Source: a bacterium (lineage in GTDB: Bacteria > Bacteroidota > Bacteroidia > NS11-12g > UBA955). From it: a stretch of 64,000 nucleotides of DNA. Both the position numbers and the translations under genes were made by a program. The DNA lies in NCBI GenBank assembly GCA_029945665.1, contig JAQSCZ010000125.1:67-64066 (forward strand), read 5' to 3'. The notes below the pieces were generated by a model, which was not told the DNA's origin, ran no database searches, and saw nothing but the letters and a program-made list of their open reading frames with translations. Positions 55,303-64,000 of this stretch are shown piece by piece (positions within the stretch are counted from its first letter, which is position 1; each line of letters starts with the position of its first letter).

Positions 55303-55866
55303 TTAGATTGGATCGGCAACTATTTTTATTCTGCCAATAATAATATACGGCATGATGTTGTGCATTTGCCTTCTCTTTTTGTATTTAAAAACCATTTTAA
55401 TAGATTCTTGTTGGAAATAATTTTTCAATTCAATGTCTGCTATATCGAGATTTAAAATTTTAGTTCTGGTATCAGGAATAAACGATTTGAAAGCTATTAA
55501 ATCCTGACCAATTCCATCGTACTTGATATCCATGTACATTTCATTTAAATCTTTAAAATTACAATATTTTACAGAATCGGGGTAGGCATAATCTAACACT
55601 TGCAATTTAAGAAAAAGCAGTCTTGCCGATTTAATAGACTTTTTACTAGCCCCTTGCTTAGCAAGTTCTGATTCAAAATCCATTGGAAAAGCGAAAGACT
55701 CTCTGATTATATATTCACTTAAATTGACTGTATCGAGGGCCACTTCGAATTGATCGGCCATATATATGGGATATTCTATGACAACTTCTGTTGGAGATTT
55801 ATCCTTTTTACAGGCTGATACAAAGAAAATTAATATTGCAAAAACAGATAGTTTCATGAGTTTCAT
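55303..55866 (-). CDS. Hypothetical lipoprotein
   Basis: 187 aa. Signal peptide plus lipobox (FVSAC). Confidence 0.5.
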   Translation of the reverse strand: MKLMKLSVFAILIFFVSACKKDKSPTEVVIEYPIYMADQFEVALDTVNLSEYIIRESFAFPMDFESELAKQGASKKSIKSARLLFLKLQVLDYAYPDSVKYCNFKDLNEMYMDIKYDGIGQDLIAFKSFIPDTRTKILNLDIADIELKNYFQQESIKMVFKYKKRRQMHNIMPYIIIGRIKIVADPI

Positions 55867-55895
55867 TACTCAAATGTACAAATTTGTTTGTCATT

Positions 55896-56987
55896 TTAAA
55901 GTAATTTTTTAAAATCGCCATTTAAACTACCACTAACACTATCACTTTTAGCCCCGGTGAAAGTTTTTCGAATATTGACATTGTTTTCAATTCTTAATAC
56001 TCCCATTAAAGCAAAAATCAACGCCTCTTTGTATTTTACCAAACGTGAATCAGGGATTACAAACTCAGCTTCGCTATGTGTTCTAATATAATCCATTAAT
56101 GTAAGGTTAAATGCGCCTCCACCAGTAACAAGTACTTTTTTACCGACAGCTTGATTACGACTAATATAATCGATACTTTTTCCAATCTGAGTTGCAATAT
56201 GATCTACAAATGTTTTCATTTTATCCTCAGGAGACAGACGCTCTCCTTCCTTTACCAAATGCCACAATTCTTCATTGATCCAATCGCGATTCAACGATTT
56301 CGGGAACGGCATTTTATAAAAATCGATGTCGTTTAATTCTGCAAGTAAGGAATAATTTATTGCGCCTTTGGCTGCTATTTCGCCATTGTGATCGTATTGT
56401 AAATTCAAATCGCGCGACACTCTGTTTAAAAGGATATTTGCAGGACTAATATCAAAGGCAACTCGATATTCCCCAACTAAGCCCGAAATATTAGCAAAAC
56501 CGCCAATATTTAGACAATAGTCATATTCAGAAAACAGCAATTCATCGCCTATTGCAACCAATGGAGCCCCTTCTCCTCCTTTTGCCACATCCATGCTTCT
56601 AAAATCGCTAACAACTGGAAAACCGCAGATTGCAGACAGTGAAGCCCCATCGCCAACTTGACGGGTTATCATTTCATTCGGATAATGAAAAACTGTATGA
56701 CCGTGAGAGGCGATCAAATCGGGTTGAATCTGATACTCGGCAACAAAATCATTGACTAATTGACCAAGAAAATGTCCATAAAAAACATCCGTTTTGGCAT
56801 AAGAAAGCGCATCGGCCTTTCGCAGTTGCGACAACCTTACTCGCCACTTGTCATCATACGAATAGGTATGAGCAGCCTCAATGTTATAACTATACTTGCC
56901 ATCTTGAACACCAATGTTGCACAATGCCAAATCAATGCCATCCATTGATGAACCAGACATGATACCAATTACTTTATAATTTTTCAT
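55896..56987 (-). CDS. anmK: Anhydro-N-acetylmuramic acid kinase
   Basis: 363 aa. 'IGIMSGSSMDGIDLA' and 'NIGGFANI'. Confidence 0.92.
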   Translation of the reverse strand: MKNYKVIGIMSGSSMDGIDLALCNIGVQDGKYSYNIEAAHTYSYDDKWRVRLSQLRKADALSYAKTDVFYGHFLGQLVNDFVAEYQIQPDLIASHGHTVFHYPNEMITRQVGDGASLSAICGFPVVSDFRSMDVAKGGEGAPLVAIGDELLFSEYDYCLNIGGFANISGLVGEYRVAFDISPANILLNRVSRDLNLQYDHNGEIAAKGAINYSLLAELNDIDFYKMPFPKSLNRDWINEELWHLVKEGERLSPEDKMKTFVDHIATQIGKSIDYISRNQAVGKKVLVTGGGAFNLTLMDYIRTHSEAEFVIPDSRLVKYKEALIFALMGVLRIENNVNIRKTFTGAKSDSVSGSLNGDFKKLL

Positions 56988-57121
56988 TCTATTAGATTTT
57001 TGGGAATAGGATGAGGCAAAAATACTTTTTTTTGTCGATAATTAACTTTTAGTTAACGAACCACCATATCAACCAACGATAAGAGCAATAAAATGCGCCG
57101 ATTTTTGCTTAAATTTGTCTA

Positions 57122-58948
57122 ATGCTTCGTCTGACTATTATATTTTTTTTTATTACTTTTTCATTGTCTGCCCAAAACAATGAAGAAAAATTAGCAGCAC
57201 AATACATGATAGAAAAAGCCTATACCAAGGCTGCAGATATCTATGAATCGCTTGCTAAAAAACAGCCAGAATCAATTTATTATTACGAGAATCTTTTGCA
57301 GTGTTATATTCTAATGAAGGATTTCAAATCGGCAGAAAAACTAATTGATAAACGCATTAAAAAATTTGAATCAAATTATGGATACCAAGTAGACAAAGGC
57401 TATTTATTCAATATTCAAGCATTCGACCAAGAGCGGGATAAGCTATTTAAAAAACTACTAGATACTAAATTTTATGACCAAGCAGGTATTGAAAATTTAG
57501 CCAATGCGTTTTTGAAAAGACAATATTACGAACAGGCGCTTCAAACGTATGCTAAGGGACGAAAAGAACTTCGCGATGATTATATTTTCACCTTCGAAAT
57601 GGCCGATTTGTATATTATCAAAGGTGACCTTAGTAATGCTACCAACGAACTTGTTTTATATGCTGGGCATTATGATTTTGCTATTCAAGAAGTGAAAGAT
57701 AAATTAATGATGGCTTATCGCAACAGAAAGGATTATGATATGCTTACTAAGAACACCTTACAAAAGCTTCAAAAAAATCCTGAAAACTTAGTTTACAACG
57801 AACTGTTAATTTGGAGTTTCATCCAACAAAAAGACTGGCAGGGCGCCTTGAGCCAGTCGAAAGCAGTTGACAAACGGTTGAACGAAGAAGGACGGAAAAT
57901 AATTGAATTGGGATGGCTCTGTCAAAGTAACGAAGCCTATGATATTGCAATTCAATGTTTCGAATATGTGAAACAATTAGGTGATAACAGGCGCTATTTT
58001 TACCAAGCGCAACAAGGTCTGTTACAAAATGGTCTATTACAAATAAAGGCCAGCAATGGTAGTGACATAGCGAATATAAGATTACTAGAAAAGGAATATA
58101 TTTCTTTTCTAAATTCGAATGGCAATAATTGGCAAACAACTGAGCAAATGGAACAATTAGCTGAACTCTATATTTACTATTTGCATGAACCCAATAAAGG
58201 GATTACCGAACTAAACAAAGCACTTAGAATGAAAGAAATTCCACCTATTATCATGGCTAAATGCAAACTTAGTTTAGGCGATGCTTTACTAATCAATGGC
58301 GACCCATGGGAAGCAGATTTATTGTACAAACAGGTTGAAAAAACTTTTAACACCGATGAATTAGGGCAGGAAGCTAAATTCAGATATGCAAGATTGTGTT
58401 ATTTCAGAGGTGAGTTTAGTTGGTGTCAAACGCAATTAGATGTCTTAAAAAATGCAACTTCACAACTCATTAGCAACAATGCCTTGCGACTATGGCTGCT
58501 TATTCAAGACAATATTGGGTTGGACAGTACTGAGGAAGCAATGGGTTTATACGCCAATGCTGAATTGTTAATTTTCCAGAACAAATTATTAGAAGCTTCA
58601 GTGGTTCTTGATGAAATCCCAAATAAATTTCCACAACACACTTTGGCAGATGAAATCTATTTTTCAAAAGCTATAATTGCAGAAAAACAAGGCAATTACA
58701 ACGACGCAATTGTATTCTACACAAAAGTGTACAAGGATTACGGATTTGATATTTTAGCTGATAATGCTTTAATCAATTTAGCTAAACTTTATGAATTCAA
58801 ACTAAATGATTTAGAAAAAGCAAAACAACTTTACGAGAAAATAATTTTAAATTATACAGGTAGTTTATTCGCCAACGAGGCCCGAAAACGTTATAGGTTA
58901 CTAAGAGGTGACGACAATGAAAAGCCTGCTGATTATTACGGCGACTAA
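57122..58948 (+). CDS. Secreted TPR-repeat protein
   Basis: 608 aa. Signal peptide and multiple TPR-like A..Y..A... repeats. Confidence 0.75.
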   Translation: MLRLTIIFFFITFSLSAQNNEEKLAAQYMIEKAYTKAADIYESLAKKQPESIYYYENLLQCYILMKDFKSAEKLIDKRIKKFESNYGYQVDKGYLFNIQAFDQERDKLFKKLLDTKFYDQAGIENLANAFLKRQYYEQALQTYAKGRKELRDDYIFTFEMADLYIIKGDLSNATNELVLYAGHYDFAIQEVKDKLMMAYRNRKDYDMLTKNTLQKLQKNPENLVYNELLIWSFIQQKDWQGALSQSKAVDKRLNEEGRKIIELGWLCQSNEAYDIAIQCFEYVKQLGDNRRYFYQAQQGLLQNGLLQIKASNGSDIANIRLLEKEYISFLNSNGNNWQTTEQMEQLAELYIYYLHEPNKGITELNKALRMKEIPPIIMAKCKLSLGDALLINGDPWEADLLYKQVEKTFNTDELGQEAKFRYARLCYFRGEFSWCQTQLDVLKNATSQLISNNALRLWLLIQDNIGLDSTEEAMGLYANAELLIFQNKLLEASVVLDEIPNKFPQHTLADEIYFSKAIIAEKQGNYNDAIVFYTKVYKDYGFDILADNALINLAKLYEFKLNDLEKAKQLYEKIILNYTGSLFANEARKRYRLLRGDDNEKPADYYGD

Positions 58949-59541
58949 AAAGTTTTTTCCCACATTTCAAGCAATCCGTTCATACTTTCTGCCCTCAAAG
59001 TATAATTCAATGGCACATCCTTCACACTGCTCCAATAGGTTACCAAGCGTGTGCCATTTGGCATATTTTCCAATTGCTCTTTAACATACCGTGTGTAAAT
59101 ATTGAAATTCTGAGTTTTTAATTCAACAGTATCATCAATTATATTTGTCTTTTCTATATTTTCATAGAAAGGATTAAAGTAATAAAAAGCATTGTAATTT
59201 TTAAAATCTATGTCGGTAATGTTTGAATTGATAAATTTGGCATTAGGCAAACCATAACATTTAGCAATTCGTTTTGAAACCTTATAGAGTTCTGTCCTCA
59301 ATTCAACACCTGTAAAGTTGGCCTTGGACAAAGCTGCCCCAATCAAACAAAACTTACCTGCACCCGAGCCAATATCTAAAATTTTCGGGCCATTCATATC
59401 GGTTAAAAATTCTGCTGCTTCGCGCGCAACCTCAACGGGAGTCCAATGCACTGGCCCAATTTTTTTTAGATTTTCTGGATAAATTGTATCAAATTCTGCA
59501 TCGGTAACATTTTTATTGAGTTTTAGAAATTCGAATACCAT
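58945..59541 (-). CDS. Class I SAM-dependent methyltransferase
   Basis: 198 aa. Motif I 'ILDIGSGAGKFCL'. Convergent 4-nt overlap with the TPR gene. Confidence 0.7.
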   Translation of the reverse strand: MVFEFLKLNKNVTDAEFDTIYPENLKKIGPVHWTPVEVAREAAEFLTDMNGPKILDIGSGAGKFCLIGAALSKANFTGVELRTELYKVSKRIAKCYGLPNAKFINSNITDIDFKNYNAFYYFNPFYENIEKTNIIDDTVELKTQNFNIYTRYVKEQLENMPNGTRLVTYWSSVKDVPLNYTLRAESMNGLLEMWEKTF

Positions 59542-59648
59542 TTGATTATTTATCTGTATACCTTTAATTTATTGAGGCAAGCTCAAATAAGGCCTGCAAA
59601 GATATTGTTTTTTCAAACAATTAGGAAGTATCTTTTGACTATCACCAG

Positions 59649-60188
59649 CTAATTTACCCTTCCAATTATAACTTTTACAAGACTTTTTTCGTCCGCCTCA
59701 AATTCAAAATACAAGTAAATGCCTTCTTTCTGAGCCCTGTATAAATGGGCGGTATAACTTGGACCTGGATTCCAATTAAGGAGTGTTTCAAACATTAATT
59801 CCTTGGTCAAATTATTTTCTACCATTAGCTTATCTATTTTCAAGTCGCCGCGAAATACACTGTAAGGAGAGACCTTGGTTGAGTTTTGTATATTATAATA
59901 AATCTGAATTTCATTTATTGTAGAATCCACGCCTTCGAACAGCACCAAACCCAAATCAGTGTATGTATAAGTAGTATTAACGCCTTTTATTGTTTTCTGT
60001 GGGTTTCCCAGTTTGGACTTTAGCGGGGTAATTTTCCAATCGGCACTAACCATTAATTTATCAACTTTAAATTCTCCATTCTTAATTCGCAGGTTAAGTG
60101 GCCTAATATCTTCACAAAGAAACGAACTCGCTAAAACAAATACGATAGAAAAAATTGAGCAATATATGAAAAAAGAATATCGAGTCAT
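59649..60188 (-). CDS. Hypothetical membrane-anchored protein
   Basis: The track start at 60206 is TTG; the ATG at 60188 (MTRYSFFIYCSIFSIVFVLA) is preferred. Single N-terminal TM. Confidence 0.45.
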   Translation of the reverse strand: MTRYSFFIYCSIFSIVFVLASSFLCEDIRPLNLRIKNGEFKVDKLMVSADWKITPLKSKLGNPQKTIKGVNTTYTYTDLGLVLFEGVDSTINEIQIYYNIQNSTKVSPYSVFRGDLKIDKLMVENNLTKELMFETLLNWNPGPSYTAHLYRAQKEGIYLYFEFEADEKSLVKVIIGRVN

Positions 60189-60242
60189 ACCAAAAACAAT
60201 TGTCAAATATAGACAAGGTATTAGAATTTAAAAAGCCAAATA

Positions 60243-60629
60243 CTAATTGCTAAGCCAAGGAACCATTAGCTCAAAACGGGGAATATCGACTTTAATTAAA
60301 GACTCTGTAGATTGCCTTTCGAAGGTATAATAACCCCACATTTCACCAATTTCGCTTTGGAGGATACAACCTGAGCGATAGGTGTGTGAATCTCCTGGAT
60401 CTAATATAGGTTGAAGACCAACAACACCATCTCCTTTTACTTCTCGAATCTCATGCACCGAATCGACAATGAACCAATTCCTTCGCAATAACTGAACAGT
60501 GTCAAGGCTGTTATTTTGAATTTTAATGCGGTAAGCAAAAAAATATTCTCCTTTTTCAGGATGACTTTGCAAGCTGATATATTCAGTTTCCACTGATATA
60601 AGAATATCGTATGTTTCAGCAACCTTCAT
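60243..60629 (-). CDS. apaG: ApaG (DUF525) protein
   Basis: 'YFFAYRIKIQNNS...VQLLRRNWFIVD...EVKGDGVVGLQPIL.PG..H.Y.S'. The track start at 60641 is TTG; the ATG at 60629 is preferred. Confidence 0.85.
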   Translation of the reverse strand: MKVAETYDILISVETEYISLQSHPEKGEYFFAYRIKIQNNSLDTVQLLRRNWFIVDSVHEIREVKGDGVVGLQPILDPGDSHTYRSGCILQSEIGEMWGYYTFERQSTESLIKVDIPRFELMVPWLSN

Positions 60630-60788
60630 TAAGTCCCGCAAAAATATTGGTTTTAATTATGCTCAATTGTCATAAGATTGTCAAAAAAAAATAATTTTTT
60701 GTAAGATTTAAATATACACGACGTTAAGCCGATTAATAAAATGACTTTTAAAATTAAATAATTTGCGGTTAATATTGCGTTGGTATAA

Positions 60789-61520
60789 ATGTTTGAAAAA
60801 ATTAAATATCTATTTAGGAAATATGCACTCTTAGGGGGCAATGTATATTGTAATATATGCGAACGCAAGTATTTAACTTTTTTACCTTCAGGTGATGAAC
60901 TGAAAGCTCACAGCAAATGTCCGGGCTGTAGCTCTATAGATCGCCACAGACAACTTTATTCATTAACCACTGCTTTTATTAAGGAAAAAAGATCCAAAAT
61001 AAATCTGCTTCATATTGCACCACAACATGCATTAGCCACCCGGTATATCAAAATGCCTTTGGTGAATTATACCGCTATTGATAAATTTGAAAAAGGATAT
61101 AAATATCCCCATTACGTCAAACAAATGGACATCGGGAATTTGCAATTCGATGAAAATAGTTTTGATTTATTAATATGCAGTCACGTGCTTGAGCATGTCA
61201 TAGATGATACTTTGGCCTTGCAAAATTTTATGAGGGTCTTAAAACCTGGTGGTGTTGGATTCTTGGTTGTCCCCTATTTTAGCAACCTTACTAAAACCTA
61301 TGAAGACCTCAATGCGAACAGTGCTGAAACACGCTTACTCCTATATGGCCAACACGACCATGTGCGAAAGTATGGTTGCGACTTTATTAATAAATTAAGT
61401 GCGATCGGATGGGTTGCCGAAATGATTGATTTTTCGAAATTTTATTCTGAAACAGAGTGCATAAAACTTGGTTATCTAAATGCTGAGCCTATTTTTAAGG
61501 TAACAAAACCAAACAATTAA
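60789..61520 (+). CDS. Class I SAM-dependent methyltransferase with N-terminal Cys4 ribbon
   Basis: 243 aa. 'CNICERKY...CPGCSS', then 'DLLICSHVLEHV' and 'LKPGG'. Confidence 0.75.
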   Translation: MFEKIKYLFRKYALLGGNVYCNICERKYLTFLPSGDELKAHSKCPGCSSIDRHRQLYSLTTAFIKEKRSKINLLHIAPQHALATRYIKMPLVNYTAIDKFEKGYKYPHYVKQMDIGNLQFDENSFDLLICSHVLEHVIDDTLALQNFMRVLKPGGVGFLVVPYFSNLTKTYEDLNANSAETRLLLYGQHDHVRKYGCDFINKLSAIGWVAEMIDFSKFYSETECIKLGYLNAEPIFKVTKPNN

Positions 61521-62455
61521 CGATTTTCTAACGCATTTAGAAAAGCATTGATTGCGTTGATATCTGCTATAGGATTATCTTGCATAGTTAAATGACCTGC
61601 CCCTGGGATAATTACCATTTGCGAATTAGCCACTAAGCTTTTATAATAGTTCACGGTGCTTGGTCTTGCTTCATCAAATTCACCAGTTATAAAAAGCACA
61701 GGTACTTTAATTTCTGAAAGTCGATTGGTTCTATCATATAAACGAAGGGGGCCAGGCATGGTAAATTCACTTGGACCGCCCATGAACTCGTATACATTGT
61801 GTCCGGTTTGGGCCATCGCACTATCCAGGTCGGCCGACCAAGGCAGCTTTCGGGCCAAAAAATGTTTGTAATAAAAGTCAACAGCAGCCACATAACTGGG
61901 ATTCGTATAGGTTTTGTTCCGCTCATTTTCGCGAATTGCTAGCTGAATAGAATCGGGTAATGTTGCGATCAGCGTATCTGCATCGCTTAACCATCTTTTA
62001 ATACTAAGGGCCGGACTACTGAATATAATTCCTTTAATTCCTTTGGGATGGGTCAAATAAAAATCGGTTGCCAACATGGTTCCCCAAGATTGACCATAGA
62101 TGTAAAACGCTGATAAACCCAAAGCAGTTTTAATTTGTTCCAATTGAAGTACAAAATTTTCAACGGTCATAAGGGATGTATCCGTTATTCTATCTGATTT
62201 GCCGCATCCTAATTGGTCGATAAAAATTACCGGACGATTCTTCCCAAGTTCAGCTAAAGGCTTAAGATAATATGAAGGTACTCCTGGGCCACCATGTAAC
62301 ATAACCAATGGAATTTCAGAACCAGTACCTACAATTTTATACCATACCTTGCCCCCTTTTACAGAAATAAAGCCTTCTTGAGGATTTAATTTAGGCGCCT
62401 TATTGCATGCAGTCAAGCATATCAAAACAACAAAAAGTAGTGAAAATATTTTCAT
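61517..62455 (-). CDS. Alpha/beta hydrolase lipoprotein, proline-iminopeptidase family
   Basis: 312 aa with a lipobox (LTAC). 'LHGGPG', nucleophile elbow 'GQSWGT' and a C-terminal 'GHL'. Confidence 0.8.
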   Translation of the reverse strand: MKIFSLLFVVLICLTACNKAPKLNPQEGFISVKGGKVWYKIVGTGSEIPLVMLHGGPGVPSYYLKPLAELGKNRPVIFIDQLGCGKSDRITDTSLMTVENFVLQLEQIKTALGLSAFYIYGQSWGTMLATDFYLTHPKGIKGIIFSSPALSIKRWLSDADTLIATLPDSIQLAIRENERNKTYTNPSYVAAVDFYYKHFLARKLPWSADLDSAMAQTGHNVYEFMGGPSEFTMPGPLRLYDRTNRLSEIKVPVLFITGEFDEARPSTVNYYKSLVANSQMVIIPGAGHLTMQDNPIADINAINAFLNALENR

Positions 62456-62467
62456 TTTAAAAGCGTA

Positions 62468-63355
62468 TTAATGTTTCACTCTTTGTTTAATGATACCACC
62501 CTTTGTTTCTTTTATTTTGTTCGTATACATAAAAGCAGTAGGATCTATTTTTGCAATTTTATCATTTATATTTAGGAGTTCAAGTCGAGTAACAATGGTG
62601 GTCACAATATCACAATCTGCTTTGATATGGAAATTACCCGGCAAGTATCCTCTTTCACCTTTATACACCGTAATTCCTTTTCCAAAATGATTGACTAGCA
62701 GCGATTTTATGGTATCAGGTTCTTTGGAAATAATAGTCAGTGCGATATACTCCTCTATTCCATCTACCACATAATCGGCCGTTTTCAGGGCGGCAAAATA
62801 AGTTATAATTGAATACATGGCTGTTTCGATTCCAAATTTAAATGCTGCTGTAAAAAATATGAGGCTATTAAAAAACAAAATAACTTCGCTGATTGAAAAG
62901 CCAATCTTACGGGTGGTAAATACTGCTAACACTTCAAAACCATCTATGGCACCACCAGAGCGAATAACTAAACCCATACCTAAACCAATTAACACACCGC
63001 CGAATATGGCAATTAATAATTTATCGGTAGTTACTGGTTCAATATTTAGTAATTCAACCCCAACACTCAAAAATGTAATGGCTATAAAAGAACGAATGGC
63101 AAATAATTTTCCGACATACCGGTATGCTGGAATGATGAATAGCAAATTAACCACCATCACGAGCAGACTGAAACTGACATGATTCAATTCATGTATTAGC
63201 AGCGAAATCCCTGTAACACCACCATCTAAAAATCCATTGGGTATCATAAATCCTTTCAATGCAAAAACGGCAAAGAAAACACCTGTTAACATTAACAAAA
63301 ACGATTTAGGGCTATAAAGATGTTTAATTTTGAAAGGCAAATGTGCGCTGTGCAT
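62468..63355 (-). CDS. YitT-family membrane protein (with DUF2179 C-terminal domain)
   Basis: 295 aa. 5-6 TM segments followed by a soluble tail 'ITVYKGERGY...IVTTIVTRLEL'. Confidence 0.85.
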   Translation of the reverse strand: MHSAHLPFKIKHLYSPKSFLLMLTGVFFAVFALKGFMIPNGFLDGGVTGISLLIHELNHVSFSLLVMVVNLLFIIPAYRYVGKLFAIRSFIAITFLSVGVELLNIEPVTTDKLLIAIFGGVLIGLGMGLVIRSGGAIDGFEVLAVFTTRKIGFSISEVILFFNSLIFFTAAFKFGIETAMYSIITYFAALKTADYVVDGIEEYIALTIISKEPDTIKSLLVNHFGKGITVYKGERGYLPGNFHIKADCDIVTTIVTRLELLNINDKIAKIDPTAFMYTNKIKETKGGIIKQRVKH

Positions 63356-63459
63356 AATAAAATTTCAATTAAGTTAGAAGCGCAATTTAGGACAATGTGT
63401 CTTATTAAAAAACAAGAAGGATTTAAAAGAAAAACTAATTTTAGCTATCCTTTGAAATT

Positions 63460-64000
63460 TCAGGCATGCATCAATTCAACAATTCTTTCAGCCTCTAGCC
63501 AATCATCAATGCTATCAATATTCAATTGGTTAGGATTCGTATTTACACGAAATGCAATCTCTTCTCCAAACAAAGTTCTTTTTTTGAGAATAACCTCTGT
63601 TTTGGTAATATATACTGAACCATCGCGAGCGTATGCTTTGGGCAATATTTGCCGTCTAGCAATTATTGCATTATCTCCAATTGCCTTTTGCAATAAGGAT
63701 TCTGAATTTTCTTCAAACACCCAATGGGGGTTATATTGAGGTGGTACTTCTTTAACGGTGATCAATGAATCTGAGTTTTTAGTTTCGAAAATTTTGATAC
63801 ATTCGTCAATTTCGGTGGCTTCTCTAAATGGATTTGTTGGCTCTAAAATCATCACCGCATCAAAATGCAAATCTTGCGCTTGGTAGGTTTCCAAAACATT
63901 CATCACAACATCAAGTGAAGGGCTAAAATCTTGTGCTAAGCTTTTAGGGCGCATAAAAGGCACCTTCAGTCCCAATTGATCAGCGATGCTAGCAATTTCT
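63460..64000 (-). CDS. Acylneuraminate/CMP-sugar cytidylyltransferase-family protein, N-terminus beyond the window edge
   Basis: 'PFMRPKSLAQD', 'ILEPTNPFR' and 'RRQILPKAYARDGSVYI'. The reading frame stays open to position 64000, so the gene is partial. Confidence 0.7.
   Translation of the reverse strand, partial: EIASIADQLGLKVPFMRPKSLAQDFSPSLDVVMNVLETYQAQDLHFDAVMILEPTNPFREATEIDECIKIFETKNSDSLITVKEVPPQYNPHWVFEENSESLLQKAIGDNAIIARRQILPKAYARDGSVYITKTEVILKKRTLFGEEIAFRVNTNPNQLNIDSIDDWLEAERIVELMHA

Noticed and set aside
60653-60868. 71-aa minus-strand ORF
   Set aside because: It overlaps the 5' end of the well-supported methyltransferase gene at 60789 and lies in the promoter gap. It has an Ile/Leu/Asn-rich, AT-driven composition.

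Overview
This is a 64-kb, AT-rich segment (about one-third GC by eye) that looks like a Bacteroidota chromosome, probably Flavobacteriia-like. Supporting signs are many lipobox lipoproteins, a TonB-dependent receptor, DUF4290-murA, pheT, grpE-dnaJ, ruvA, queA and anmK. About 60 densely packed protein genes are present. I found no rRNA, tRNA, CRISPR array, transposase or integrase. Several ORF-track 'M' starts are really TTG or GTG, so I re-set some starts to internal ATG or TTG codons. Three accessory modules stand out. (1) 5.7-16.8 kb is a contiguous 'light island'. It holds a proton-pump-type proteorhodopsin and a single ORF fusing lycopene cyclase (CrtY) to the retinal-forming Blh dioxygenase. 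It also holds a CrtA-like carotenoid oxygenase, a flavin reductase + DUF2071 pair, and three different photolyase/cryptochrome-family genes. Two of those three are tightly coupled to tiny uncharacterised proteins; one of them, a 52-aa DUF2256 zinc ribbon, is absent from the ORF track. (2) 19.0-25.9 kb is a copper module plus TspO: a multicopper oxidase with a CopB-like tail, a Cu P-type ATPase, an HMA/DUF3347 lipoprotein and a Cys/His-rich small protein. It is bracketed by a roughly 47-bp direct repeat. (3) 27-31 kb is an alkylation-repair module (alkB, AraC-MGMT) plus an orphan GAF histidine kinase, bracketed by two copies of a perfect 24-nt palindromic hairpin. The rest is housekeeping. Other oddities are a 1-kb gene-poor stretch with tandem repeats between uvrD and ruvA, a MurA with Asp in place of the fosfomycin-target Cys, and a thioredoxin-fold protein lacking its CxxC. 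All homology calls are by eye from motifs; no searches were run.
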